Assembly: GCA_025359165.1 (NCBI GenBank)
Contig: JANYHG010000063.1
Coordinates: 4,561 to 68,560, forward strand
Reading direction: 5' to 3'
Origin: Hyphomicrobiaceae bacterium
GTDB lineage: Bacteria; Pseudomonadota; Alphaproteobacteria; Rhizobiales; Hyphomicrobiaceae
Length of the DNA stretch: 64,000 bases
Part shown: positions 19,552 through 29,082 of the stretch, piece by piece
Position numbering within the stretch: the first letter of the stretch is position 1
Layout of the letters: every line of letters starts with the position of its first letter
Translations under genes and position numbers: made by a program
Notes under the pieces: model-generated
The model's database searches: none
What the model was told of the DNA's origin: nothing
Seen by the model: the letters and a program-made list of their open reading frames with translations, nothing else

Positions 19552-19950
19552 ATGAAATATCTGATGCCATATGTCGCCTCGTTGATTTTCTTCGTCGGGA
19601 TCGATCTCGTTTGGCTCGGCTATATCGCCAGGAATACTTACCGAGCGGAAATGGGTTCACTGATGACCGACAATTTCAACGTTTGGGCGGCAGGAGCTTT
19701 CTACTTGTTGTATCCAGTCGGGATGGTGCTGTTCGCGGTAGCGCCATCGTTGGAAACCGGAACCTGGAAGGATGCGATGTTGTGGGGTGCCCTATTGGGA
19801 TTCTTTGCGTACGCGACCTACGACCTGAGTAATCTAGCCGTGTTGAAGGGATGGCCAGTTCGCCTGACTTTCATCGACTTGACATGGGGTACGTGCTTGA
19901 CGGGCGTTGTGGCTGCGCTGGCGCATATTGCCACGCGATTGGTCCGATAG
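19552..19950 (+). CDS. DUF2177-family small membrane protein
   Basis: 132 aa with 4 TM segments. N-terminus MKYLMPYVASLIFFVGIDLVWLGY. Confidence 0.65.
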   Translation: MKYLMPYVASLIFFVGIDLVWLGYIARNTYRAEMGSLMTDNFNVWAAGAFYLLYPVGMVLFAVAPSLETGTWKDAMLWGALLGFFAYATYDLSNLAVLKGWPVRLTFIDLTWGTCLTGVVAALAHIATRLVR

Positions 19951-19982
19951 GCGCTTTCACGCTGTAAGATTACGTCCCGCGC

Positions 19983-20903
19983 CTAGATGCCGTCTAGTGG
20001 CACTTTGAAGAAGCGTTTGCCACTCGTATCCGGTGGAGGCAGATGACCAGCGCGCATATTCACTTGCAGTGACGGCAAGATCAGCCGCGGCATCGCCAAT
20101 GTTTTGTCGCGCGCTTCACGCATCGCGACGAAATCGTCTTCCGTGACGCCATCTCGAACATGCAGATTGTGCGCGCGCTCGTCGGCGACGGTCGTTTCCC
20201 ATTTTATCGCGCGACCGTTAGGCCCGTAGTCGTGGCACATGAAGAGTCGCATCGCAGGCGGGAGCGTGAGCAGCTTCCTGATGGATCGAAAAAGCGTGCG
20301 TGCGTCTCCGCCAGGAAAATCGGCACGGGCGGTGCCTCCGTCCGGCATGAACATGGTGTCGCCGATGAACGCCGCGTCACCAATGATATGCGTCGTGCAC
20401 GCAGGCGTGTGACCGGGAGTGTGCATCACGAGCGCCTTCAGCGTACCGATGGTGTAACTCTCGCCGTCCTTGAACAATCGATCAAACTGACTGCCGTCAC
20501 GACGAAATTCAGTGCCTTCGTTGAAGACTTTGCCGAAGACATCCTGCACGACCGTAATGTGTTCACCGATACCGATGCGGCCGCCGAGCTTGCCCTGGAT
20601 GTACGGTGCCCCGGACAGGTGATCGGCGTGCGCATGAGTTTCGATCAGCCATTCGAGCGACAATCCGTTCGCCCGTACGTAATCGATCAAGCGATCGGCG
20701 GAACGGTAACAGATCCGGCCGGCCGCAAAATCGATGTCCATAACGGAGTCAATGATGGCGCATGCTTGCGAGCGCGGATCGGTAACGACATAGCTGATCG
20801 TGTTCGTGTCGGCGTCGAAAAAACCGGTAACCTCAGGTATAACGCCGATGTCGATCAGTTGGCTGATGTCGGCGATGCCGGGCGCTGCTGCATGTTCGGT
20901 CAT
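19983..20903 (-). CDS. MBL-fold metallo-hydrolase (persulfide-dioxygenase/glyoxalase-II-like)
   Basis: HxHxDH motif THAHADHLSG plus downstream His/Asp ligands (HTPGHT, GDTMF). ATG 20903 was chosen over the longer Arg/Cys-rich extension. Confidence 0.8.
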   Translation of the reverse strand: MTEHAAAPGIADISQLIDIGVIPEVTGFFDADTNTISYVVTDPRSQACAIIDSVMDIDFAAGRICYRSADRLIDYVRANGLSLEWLIETHAHADHLSGAPYIQGKLGGRIGIGEHITVVQDVFGKVFNEGTEFRRDGSQFDRLFKDGESYTIGTLKALVMHTPGHTPACTTHIIGDAAFIGDTMFMPDGGTARADFPGGDARTLFRSIRKLLTLPPAMRLFMCHDYGPNGRAIKWETTVADERAHNLHVRDGVTEDDFVAMREARDKTLAMPRLILPSLQVNMRAGHLPPPDTSGKRFFKVPLDGI

Positions 20904-20931
20904 GGCAATACTCCCTGTGCAGTCGATCATC

Positions 20932-21372
20932 TCACGTCGCGCCTTCGCCCGGCGACGGCAGACTGCGCGCCGTCGTGATCCGAACGGCCAGCAAGCCCGC
21001 CACCAATCCTGCGAGAAATAGCAATGGTCCACGGCCGCCTATCGTGAGGATTGGAAGGAGGCCGCCCGGACAAAAACCCGACAGTCCCCAGCCCATGCCG
21101 AACACGGCCGAGCCTGCGACGAGCGGAAATGTTATGGGTGTGATGCGGGGCAATTCAAACGAGCTTAGCAGTATCGGTTGTTTTCGGCGCAACACCAACC
21201 AATAGCCGAACGAATTGACGAGGACGCCGCCCGCCATGACGAAGGCCAAGCTCGGATCCCAGGAACCCGCGACGTCAAAAAAGTTGAGCACCTTGGCCGG
21301 GTTACTCATCCCGGAGATCAGAATGCCCAAACCGAACAGGAGGCCAAGTGCGAATGCTGCGATGACCGGCAT
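20932..21372 (-). CDS. YeeE/YedE-family sulfur-compound transporter, half-size subunit
   Basis: 146 aa with 4 TM segments. Conserved Cys loop GLSGFCPGG. Starts 3 nt after the stop of the preceding half-size gene. Confidence 0.72.
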   Translation of the reverse strand: MPVIAAFALGLLFGLGILISGMSNPAKVLNFFDVAGSWDPSLAFVMAGGVLVNSFGYWLVLRRKQPILLSSFELPRITPITFPLVAGSAVFGMGWGLSGFCPGGLLPILTIGGRGPLLFLAGLVAGLLAVRITTARSLPSPGEGAT

Positions 21373-21374
21373 GA

Positions 21375-21809
21375 TCAGCCTCCCAAGACGAGAACGTGGC
21401 GCATCACAAAAACGGTAGCGGCGGCCGTCGCCATAAACGTCAGAACGGCAGCGAGAGATCGCGGTGAGCGCCGTGCGAGGCCGCAGATGCCGTGGCCACT
21501 CGGGCATCCGGCCCCGTAGGAAACACCGATACCTACGATGACACCCGAAACGAGCAGCATGAGCGGCGACCCGGCAACGTCGATCGCCACTCCCCGCCCG
21601 GTCAGCGCAAAATAGAGCAGCGGCGCAGCGATCAATCCAGCGACGAAAGCTGCGCGCCATTGCCACTCCCTCGCGAGCGGCGGCAGCAACCCGGAGAGTA
21701 TCCCAGTGATGCCGGCTATCCGCCCGTGCAGAAGCATCAGCAGCGTTGCCGCAAGGCCGATCAAGGCACCGCCAAACAACGATTGCACGGGTGTAAACGT
21801 GGTGATCAT
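21375..21809 (-). CDS. YeeE/YedE-family sulfur-compound transporter, half-size subunit
   Basis: 144 aa from MITTFTPVQSLFGGALIGLAATLLML. Cys loop YGAGCPSGHGICG. Confidence 0.72.
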   Translation of the reverse strand: MITTFTPVQSLFGGALIGLAATLLMLLHGRIAGITGILSGLLPPLAREWQWRAAFVAGLIAAPLLYFALTGRGVAIDVAGSPLMLLVSGVIVGIGVSYGAGCPSGHGICGLARRSPRSLAAVLTFMATAAATVFVMRHVLVLGG

Positions 21810-21902
21810 CGAACTTTCTCGGAGCAGCAAGTACCGCAATGTGACCTTCAGTGATTACAGTGTCCGCAACGAACTGCGAACCTTACTTCGTCTGCGAATA
21901 GC

Positions 21903-22661
21903 TTAGGCCTTTTCGCCCGACTGCGCGGCCATCAGATAGTTCACGTCAGTGTCTGACGACAACGACCAAGCCTCTTGAAACGGATTATACGCCATTCCAC
22001 GCGTCTCCAGTGGCTGCAGGCCGGAGCCACGCAAGTGCGCGGCTAGTTCGTCCGGAGTCACGAACCGGTTCCATTGATGGGTACCGACGGGCAGCCAACG
22101 CAGGACATATTCGGCACCGACGATGGCCAGTGCATACGACTTCAAGGTGCGATTGATGGTGGATACGATCAGCAGTCCGCCGGGACGCACCAGCGACGAC
22201 GCCACTTGAAGAAAAGCCCTGATGTCCGGAACATGCTCCACGACTTCCAGACACACGACGACGTCGAACGTGTCAGCCGCAGCGGCCAGCGTCTCGGCCC
22301 GCTCCGCACGATAGTCGACGGACAGACCGTGTCCTTCGGCATGGAGGCGCGCCGCCGCGATTGTATCGGGCGCGGGGTCAATTGCCGTGACGGCCGCCCC
22401 CAGCCGCGCCAACGGCTCGGCGATCAATCCGCCACCGCACCCGATATCCAGGATGCGTAAGCCGTCAAGCACCCGTAGCTGTGACGTTTTCCGGGCAGGC
22501 AAGCGCTGTGCAATCGTATCTCGGATGAACTGCAGCCGCGCGGGTCCGATTTGATGCAGCGGCCGAAAGTTACCGTGCGGATCCCACCATTGCTGCGCCA
22601 ACGCATTGAAACGGGCCACTTCGGCGGTGTCGAGGGTCGCAGATGGAGCGTGCTGGTTCAT
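21903..22661 (-). CDS. ubiG: Ubiquinone biosynthesis O-methyltransferase UbiG
   Basis: N-terminus AEVARFNALAQQWWDPHGNFRPLHQIGPARLQFIRD. SAM motif ILDIGCGGGLIAEPLA. 252 aa. Confidence 0.88.
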   Translation of the reverse strand: MNQHAPSATLDTAEVARFNALAQQWWDPHGNFRPLHQIGPARLQFIRDTIAQRLPARKTSQLRVLDGLRILDIGCGGGLIAEPLARLGAAVTAIDPAPDTIAAARLHAEGHGLSVDYRAERAETLAAAADTFDVVVCLEVVEHVPDIRAFLQVASSLVRPGGLLIVSTINRTLKSYALAIVGAEYVLRWLPVGTHQWNRFVTPDELAAHLRGSGLQPLETRGMAYNPFQEAWSLSSDTDVNYLMAAQSGEKA

Positions 22662-22714
22662 CCATGCAATGTAGCAGTTTTTGACCGATGCGGCGATGTG
22701 CTATCGACGCCGCG

Positions 22715-23782
22715 TCAGCTGAAAAGCGCGGATACCGCACGAACCCAAGGAGGTCGGTTGGCGAGCGCGCGTTTCGCTTCGTAATTCTGAAGCACTCGGT
22801 TCATTACAGCTACCGAGACAGCTATGGCGACGAAGTTTGCAGCCATCGATAGCGCCATCAACAGGTTCGCGACTTGCAAGGCGATTGCGCAGTAAACGTG
22901 CAACACGAACGCCAGCATCGAATTGCGACCGAAGCGCTGGATCATATCTGCGCCGGGCATGCCCCGCCACGTCGCGGCGAAGCGAACCACAGAGAATGCG
23001 ATGACCGCGATCAGCGGCAGGTGGTAAAGGAGGCCATAAAGATTGAGCGGGTGGGTCGATAAAGTTCCGGGCGACAGAAACTTGAGGTGCACCCAAGCCA
23101 TGCTCGCGCACATTAAAACCAAAGCTGCGATCAGATACCTGCCGGCATCCGCAGTGTGGAGCATCCCATTGGTGCGACACCGACTGCCGACGATGCAGCC
23201 GACGACAAAATATAATTGGAACATCACGAACGGAAAGATCGCCGGTGCACCGTAGCTGAGCACGTAAGGGTCGACGTGCCCGATCGCGAAAAGCGCACAA
23301 CTCGCCGCCATCAGGGGCAGTTCGAAACCTGTGGCGATCGCATAAAGTATCACGGGAGCAATGACGAAGAGCGGCAAGAAAGTCGGCAGGATGTGCAAGA
23401 GGCCAATCTGATTATACAGCAGCAGTGAACGACCGAAGAATTGTATGAATGTGGTACCGTCCGCCGCTCCGTAGAGGCCGGCCGCATAGATCGCGACGCC
23501 CGCCGTTGAAACGAGCACGACCTGGACTGCGAATATCTTTGCAGCACGCACCAGCAAGTCCTGCGACAACTTCAACGGTCGGGCCGTAAATTCGACGACG
23601 CGCCAGCCCACCATGAAGCCCGCAAGCAGAACGAACAGCGCCATTGCTGTTTCCGTGTAGGTAATCGCGAGTTCAATAGCTTTCGGAAAGTATCTGGCGA
23701 AGTGCGCGGCCAGCATCTCGATGATTGTGATGCCGCGAAGCAAATCAATCGTATCTAATCGCGAAGTTGCGCTTTTGCTCAC
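22715..23782 (-). CDS. Polytopic membrane protein, OpgC/DUF1624-like acyltransferase candidate
   Basis: Begins VSKSATSRLDTIDLLRGITIIEMLAAHF and has about 10 TM segments. The GTG start overlaps the upstream stop (GTGA at 23779-23782). The longer ORF-track form overlaps the upstream gene. Family call is tentative. Confidence 0.45.
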   Translation of the reverse strand: MSKSATSRLDTIDLLRGITIIEMLAAHFARYFPKAIELAITYTETAMALFVLLAGFMVGWRVVEFTARPLKLSQDLLVRAAKIFAVQVVLVSTAGVAIYAAGLYGAADGTTFIQFFGRSLLLYNQIGLLHILPTFLPLFVIAPVILYAIATGFELPLMAASCALFAIGHVDPYVLSYGAPAIFPFVMFQLYFVVGCIVGSRCRTNGMLHTADAGRYLIAALVLMCASMAWVHLKFLSPGTLSTHPLNLYGLLYHLPLIAVIAFSVVRFAATWRGMPGADMIQRFGRNSMLAFVLHVYCAIALQVANLLMALSMAANFVAIAVSVAVMNRVLQNYEAKRALANRPPWVRAVSALFS

Positions 23783-25257
23783 TGGTAGCGGCCGCGCATA
23801 ATCGGACGAGATTTGGCAATACCTCTCGGCGGCGCACCAGCCACCGCCGCGCCGCCGACCGCCTGCGCAGGAAGTGACTTCGCCACCATCTCCGTGCCGG
23901 CCTTTGTCAAAGTCTTCCAACGGTTGGTCGGCTGCGGCAGTGCCAGATGCGTATTTGTTGCATAATAGAACAGGCGATTGATACCAATCAGATTTGCCAG
24001 CACCATGACGTATAATATTTCGTAGAATACAGCATTGATGCAAATCACCAAAAAAGACGTTTGCATCGCCAGCGCGATGTTTTCCACGTAATCTGGCGAG
24101 AACCCGACGCCCAGAACTTTGCCAACCGCTCCTGCCTCCCGATTGACCCGACGCACAGCATTGCTCGATCGGAAGAAATCGAAAATCAGAAACAGCATCG
24201 CCAGCACGCCCAACGTGCCGTACTCACTGAGCACGGTCATGGGAGTAGAGTGCAGAGCGCGCCCCCACAAACTGCCGGTGGTGTACCCATGCTCGATGGC
24301 TTCACCGGGAGGGACGACCTTAAACACCGCAATCCCGAAGTTTCCAGGGCCGACGCCAGCGATCGGATTGAGCATGAAAACGCGCGCCGCCCAGGTCCAT
24401 AAAATCTTGCGATCGGCACCGGTCCCCTTGTGAGTGCCCTCGGAGAAGATGGTCCCCATGGAGTCTGCGTAGCGACCGACGAGGCCTGGTGCAGAAGCCG
24501 AGCCCAAGATCGCCAAAGCTGCGACGATGAGCAAGATTTTGGATTTTTGTCGGGAGCGGAAAAACATGAGCAGACAGGCAGCTATCAGCGACAGGAATAC
24601 GCCGCGACCAAACGATGTCACCACACCGACAAGGCTGAGCACGCACGACAGGATCGCCAGTTTGTCCTTGGTGGCTTGATAATAATAAGCGGAATAAACG
24701 AAGCCGATCGCCATCAGCGGTCCGAACGCATCGCGATTATCGTACTGGGTGTGCCAATATACGATCTTTCGAAAACCCGGATCTCCGGCACCGAGCGGCT
24801 CGTAGTACAGGCTCGCCAAGCCCCAGAGCCCAAAATAGAGCAGATGCAGAAAATAGAGTCTGACGACGACTGCGGCGCGCTCCAGCGACGTACAGTACGC
24901 AAAGGTTATCAGCGCCAACAGAAAGGGTTGGTAGAGCGTGCGGACAATGGAGAGCGAGCGCCCCGCATCGCCGAAAATCGCGCCCATGACCACGCCCAGA
25001 AGGGCCAAACCCATAAAGATCGTGAATGCAGGATATCCGCGCCAGTCGCGCTTTTTACCGAAATACATGACAACTTCAGCATAAAGCAGAAGCTCAAGCA
25101 TCCAGGTCACTGCATTGAGGCCGGGCGCGTAATGCTGGATCAACCGGTGCGGCTGGAAAAGATATAAAACCCAGAGCAGGATGACGATGCGATACTGCAA
25201 TACGTCGGGTTGCGACGGTGGAGCTTTCGGTGCCGTTTGAGTTGAGGTAAACGTCAT
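23779..25257 (-). CDS. O-antigen-ligase/Wzy-like polytopic membrane protein
   Basis: About 12 TM segments and a Wzy_C-like segment (SFGRGVFLSLIAACLLMFFRSRQKSKILLIVAALAILG). Start at MTFTSTQ (25257). The maximal ORF extends to 25353. Confidence 0.55.
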   Translation of the reverse strand: MTFTSTQTAPKAPPSQPDVLQYRIVILLWVLYLFQPHRLIQHYAPGLNAVTWMLELLLYAEVVMYFGKKRDWRGYPAFTIFMGLALLGVVMGAIFGDAGRSLSIVRTLYQPFLLALITFAYCTSLERAAVVVRLYFLHLLYFGLWGLASLYYEPLGAGDPGFRKIVYWHTQYDNRDAFGPLMAIGFVYSAYYYQATKDKLAILSCVLSLVGVVTSFGRGVFLSLIAACLLMFFRSRQKSKILLIVAALAILGSASAPGLVGRYADSMGTIFSEGTHKGTGADRKILWTWAARVFMLNPIAGVGPGNFGIAVFKVVPPGEAIEHGYTTGSLWGRALHSTPMTVLSEYGTLGVLAMLFLIFDFFRSSNAVRRVNREAGAVGKVLGVGFSPDYVENIALAMQTSFLVICINAVFYEILYVMVLANLIGINRLFYYATNTHLALPQPTNRWKTLTKAGTEMVAKSLPAQAVGGAAVAGAPPRGIAKSRPIMRGRYQ

Positions 25258-25431
25258 TGCGGCTTGCAGGACCTGTATGCATCGCAGCCGCATTGCAAAA
25301 TCGCACGGCGACGTCGCTTCCCTAGCAAATCCTACGCCAATCCCACAAGCCATCGGCTTGCAACGCCCAAGCGAAAAACCGCTTCGGTTAACGGGCGGTC
25401 AGTTTATGGCACCGATGACCAAAGTCGGATC

Positions 25432-26253
25432 TCAGCGCACTCGGCTGATCGTTTCCGCCAATCCGGGACAACCACCGAGCGTTAGTGCGTGACCATAAAG
25501 GCGCCGCGCGACATCAATGTTCTTTTCGGCACCGAGACCGAATTCATACGTTCGCGCCAGGAAACACGTTGCGATGGGATCGCCCAGCGATGCTGCGACC
25601 TGCCAAACCGCACGTGCCTTACTGTAGTCGGTGCCACCGACATCTGCGGTCGCCAACATCGATCCGAGTTGTGTCAGCGCCCACGTCAATGACTGATCAG
25701 GCAATGCCCACTGTAGCGCGTGCTTTAACCAATACGCGGCCTCCTGTCGGTCGTGGCCACCGGACTGATGCAAAAAGTGCTCGGCCAGCGTCAATGAGTC
25801 GAATTGCGTCATGCCGACCGAATCCCGACCGAGCGGCGAGATGCGATCAATCGTCAGTACCGCAACAAGTCCGTCCCAAAGCGTTCCTGGAACGGCACTC
25901 GCGCTGGTGGCCGACGTTGGCGGAACCCGGTGATCGATGAGCGAGTGGGTGGAAATCCGCGAAACCTGCGGGGCGGAGGCCAAGCCTGACGTCCGTTCGG
26001 ACATCCACAATCCCTGCAAACAAAGTGTCGCGATAATCCCAGCGGCGAAAGCCGTCAGCGTAGATCCTGTTGTCATGAGGCGGAGCGGCCCGAAAGATGC
26101 CCTGGTGTTTGACGCGCCAGGTACCTTTTTCCAGATGGCCGCAACGAGCGAGCCGAGTTGCATGCAAACATGATGCTGACGCCAGCGTTGCGACCGGTCG
26201 CAACGTGGTGTCAAAGGGACGAGCATGCCCCTGCGAATGGGAATGTCAGTCAC
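25432..26253 (-). CDS. Membrane-anchored Sel1-repeat protein
   Basis: One TM (LTAFAAGIIATLCLQGLW). C-terminal Sel1-like repeat KARAVWQVAASLGDPIATCFLARTYEFGLGAEKNIDVARRLYGHA. The start is uncertain because several in-frame Met codons exist. Confidence 0.5.
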   Translation of the reverse strand: MTDIPIRRGMLVPLTPRCDRSQRWRQHHVCMQLGSLVAAIWKKVPGASNTRASFGPLRLMTTGSTLTAFAAGIIATLCLQGLWMSERTSGLASAPQVSRISTHSLIDHRVPPTSATSASAVPGTLWDGLVAVLTIDRISPLGRDSVGMTQFDSLTLAEHFLHQSGGHDRQEAAYWLKHALQWALPDQSLTWALTQLGSMLATADVGGTDYSKARAVWQVAASLGDPIATCFLARTYEFGLGAEKNIDVARRLYGHALTLGGCPGLAETISRVR

Positions 26254-26429
26254 AATCTTTTCCTTGGTACGACCTTATCGACCGCCGAAACTCCCGGCAT
26301 CGATGTGGGGGAACCAGCTGCGTTCAAATTTTACAAATCAAATGATTCGTTGTTAAAATACATTATCCGGGCAGTTGATTACAAGATTTATTTCAAGAGT
26401 CATTTTCGCAAACTCGCTTCAATCGCGCG

Positions 26430-27854
26430 TCAAACCCCGCAGGCGAGCCACCTGTCGACATCGGTCAAAGCGCGAGCGCTCATAGCCCGCTTCTTGGCGA
26501 AGCCTCGCTCTTTTCCTTTGATGCGATTGCCTGCGGCATCGCGTGCGGGTGCCTCCATATCCGGAAACAAGCCGAAGTTAACGTTCATGGGCTGAAACGA
26601 CCGTGCACCGCGAAGTGCTTCGGTTTCGGCGGCGCTTTCGGCGACCAGGTGCCCTCCCGTAATGTGGCCGAGGAGCGCGCCGAAGGCGGTCGTCGCAGGC
26701 GGTTGCGTCACTGAATTTCCCAAACGCTCAGCGGCTGCGAATCTACCCGCCAGCAAGCCGATGGCGGCGCTCTCGACGTAGCCTTCGCAGCCTGTGATCT
26801 GTCCCGCAAAACGCAAGCGCGGCTGCACCTTCAACCGAAGTCGCTGATCGAGCAGTTTCGGCGAATTGAGATAAGTATTGCGATGGAGCCCGCCCAGCCG
26901 AGCGAACTCGGCGTTTTCGAGACCTGGAATCATGCGGAATACGCGCGACTGCTCGCCGTGCTTAAGTTTGGTCTGGAAGCCGACCATATTCCACAGCGTG
27001 CCGAGCGCATTGTCTTGCCGCAGCTGGACAACCGCATGGGGCCAACGACCGGTGCGGGGATCGTCGAGCCCGACGGGCTTCATCGGCCCGAACCGCAGCG
27101 TGTCGCGGCCGCGTTCGGCCATGACTTCGACAGGCAGGCAGCCATCAAAATAGGGAGTGTTCGCCTCCCACTCTTTGAAAACGGTTTTATCGCCGGCCAG
27201 CAGAGCGTCGATAAAAGCTTCGTATTGTTGTTTATCCATGGGGCAATTGATGTAGTCCGCCGCCGTGCCCGACGGCCCGACTTTGTCGTAGCGAGACTGT
27301 TTCCACGCCGTCGTCATGTCGATGCTGTCGTGATGAATAACGGGCGCTATCGCATCGAAGAATGCCAGTGATGTCTCGCCGGTCAACGATAGGATTGCCT
27401 CGGAAAGGGCGGGTGAGGTCAAGGGTCCGGTGGCGATGATCACGCTGTCCCAATCTGCGGGTGGCAAGCTGCCAACCTCGCGCCGGTCGATGGTGATCAG
27501 AGGCTGCGCCTCGAGAGCGGCCGTTACTGATTTTGAGAAGCCGTCGCGATCCACGGCCAGCGCACCGCCGGCGGGCAACTTGTTGGCATCGCCCATGGTC
27601 ATGATCAAGGAGTTCGCCCGGCGCATCTCTTCGTGCAGCAAGCCGACCGCATTGTTGGCTGCATCATCTGAGCGAAACGAATTGGAGCAGACGAGTTCGG
27701 CCAAGCCATCGGTCTTGTGCGCGTCGGTCATGCGCTCCGGTCGCATTTCATGCAAAACCGCGGGCACTCCAGCGCGTGCAATTTGCCACGCAGCCTCCGA
27801 GCCAGCGAGCCCGCCACCGACGACATGTATGGGAGCGTGAGACGATGCAGTCAT
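26430..27854 (-). CDS. trmFO: Methylenetetrahydrofolate--tRNA-(uracil54-C5)-methyltransferase TrmFO
   Basis: FAD fold [18 protein letters not shown] and a TrmFO/Gid-like sequence throughout. Start at MTASSHAP (27854). Confidence 0.88.
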   Translation of the reverse strand: MTASSHAPIHVVGGGLAGSEAAWQIARAGVPAVLHEMRPERMTDAHKTDGLAELVCSNSFRSDDAANNAVGLLHEEMRRANSLIMTMGDANKLPAGGALAVDRDGFSKSVTAALEAQPLITIDRREVGSLPPADWDSVIIATGPLTSPALSEAILSLTGETSLAFFDAIAPVIHHDSIDMTTAWKQSRYDKVGPSGTAADYINCPMDKQQYEAFIDALLAGDKTVFKEWEANTPYFDGCLPVEVMAERGRDTLRFGPMKPVGLDDPRTGRWPHAVVQLRQDNALGTLWNMVGFQTKLKHGEQSRVFRMIPGLENAEFARLGGLHRNTYLNSPKLLDQRLRLKVQPRLRFAGQITGCEGYVESAAIGLLAGRFAAAERLGNSVTQPPATTAFGALLGHITGGHLVAESAAETEALRGARSFQPMNVNFGLFPDMEAPARDAAGNRIKGKERGFAKKRAMSARALTDVDRWLACGV

Positions 27855-27947
27855 GAGGTCAAAGCCGATAAGAGCAAATAGAAACAAACTTTCTGGCCAG
27901 CCCCGAACGCAATAGCTCCGAATCATCGGCAGTGCTAGCAGCAACGC

Positions 27948-28607
27948 ATGCACCTTCCCGTCAAAGTTCTGTCTGTCGTCATCGGTCTTGCGCTCGCGCT
28001 AGCGGGATGCACGCATGACGGGTTTGGATCGGTTGACGGCCACTTCGCGACGTTCAAAGTACCGCCACCGCACGCCACCACGGTCACCGTCTGTCACGCC
28101 TATGGTTGTCAACGACAGACGAAGTTCAAGTTCACCGAAACCGACATCGCGCAACTCGCAGCGATCATGACCCAGTGGCGAACACCGGCCGATACAGCAG
28201 AAGACGAGCGGCGCGGCGTTGCTTACGCTATCGGCTGGATGGAGACGCGGGTGGGCGATGTCATAGGCACGAAAGCCGACCGACCGGGCATGGATTTCGA
28301 AGGCAACGGCGATCCGACGCAACAAGATTGCGTCGACGAATCGACAAATACGACAAGCTATATGACCGTGCTGGCGACAGCCGGCCTCCTGAAGCATCAT
28401 GTCGTGGGTGTTCCTTTCGCCAAGGACAACTACCTCCACGGCGCGGCTGGTTGGACGCACTGGACCGCCATCCTGATCGAAAAGCCTGGCAATCAGCGAT
28501 GGGCCGTCGACAGCTGGATCTACGCCAACGGCGAAAATCCGGCGATCGTCAAGGCCGAGCAATGGTACATCGCGACACTCGACCGACTGCCGGCCGCGAC
28601 GCATTAA
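27948..28607 (+). CDS. Lipoprotein of unknown function
   Basis: Lipobox [10 protein letters not shown]|C. 219 aa. No domain recognised. Confidence 0.6.
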   Translation: MHLPVKVLSVVIGLALALAGCTHDGFGSVDGHFATFKVPPPHATTVTVCHAYGCQRQTKFKFTETDIAQLAAIMTQWRTPADTAEDERRGVAYAIGWMETRVGDVIGTKADRPGMDFEGNGDPTQQDCVDESTNTTSYMTVLATAGLLKHHVVGVPFAKDNYLHGAAGWTHWTAILIEKPGNQRWAVDSWIYANGENPAIVKAEQWYIATLDRLPAATH

Positions 28608-29082
28608 CCTTGGAACCAAGGTGCTCGGCGACGACCAAAAAGTAACTACAGAAACGATCCATCCTCGGACGCGGCGCGTTTAGGGGTTAAAGATGTAGAA
28701 GCTTCACGACTGCGTGATAACAACGTGCCAACTTCCAGAGTATGGATCTTGAACGAAGTGCCAGCTTGTCGCAGTGCACAAAATGCACTACTTCTGCCTC
28801 TGCTGGAGCGTTGTCCCCCGATTACAGGGCTGTTGGACAGGCCATCTAGCCGAGCTGTCGACGACGACGGGTTACCGGTGTCAGGCGCGCCGGGATCAAC
28901 CCAAGCGGGTCAGTTCGTGCAATGATAGCTTGATCTCGATATCAATAATCGTGAGATCAGGTCTCCGCGAGTTGAGCGCGCTGCCCAGGCAAGCTGCGTT
29001 GCATTTGCGGTTCGATGGCCACATTTTCCGGCGCGCAGACGAAACGCGCGCCGCTGACAGTTCAGAAGAAGGATTAGCGCAT

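Noticed and set aside
28774-29082. 103-aa N-terminal extension of citrate synthase.
   Set aside because: It has no similarity to GltA N-termini. ATG 29083 gives the normal 435-aa protein.
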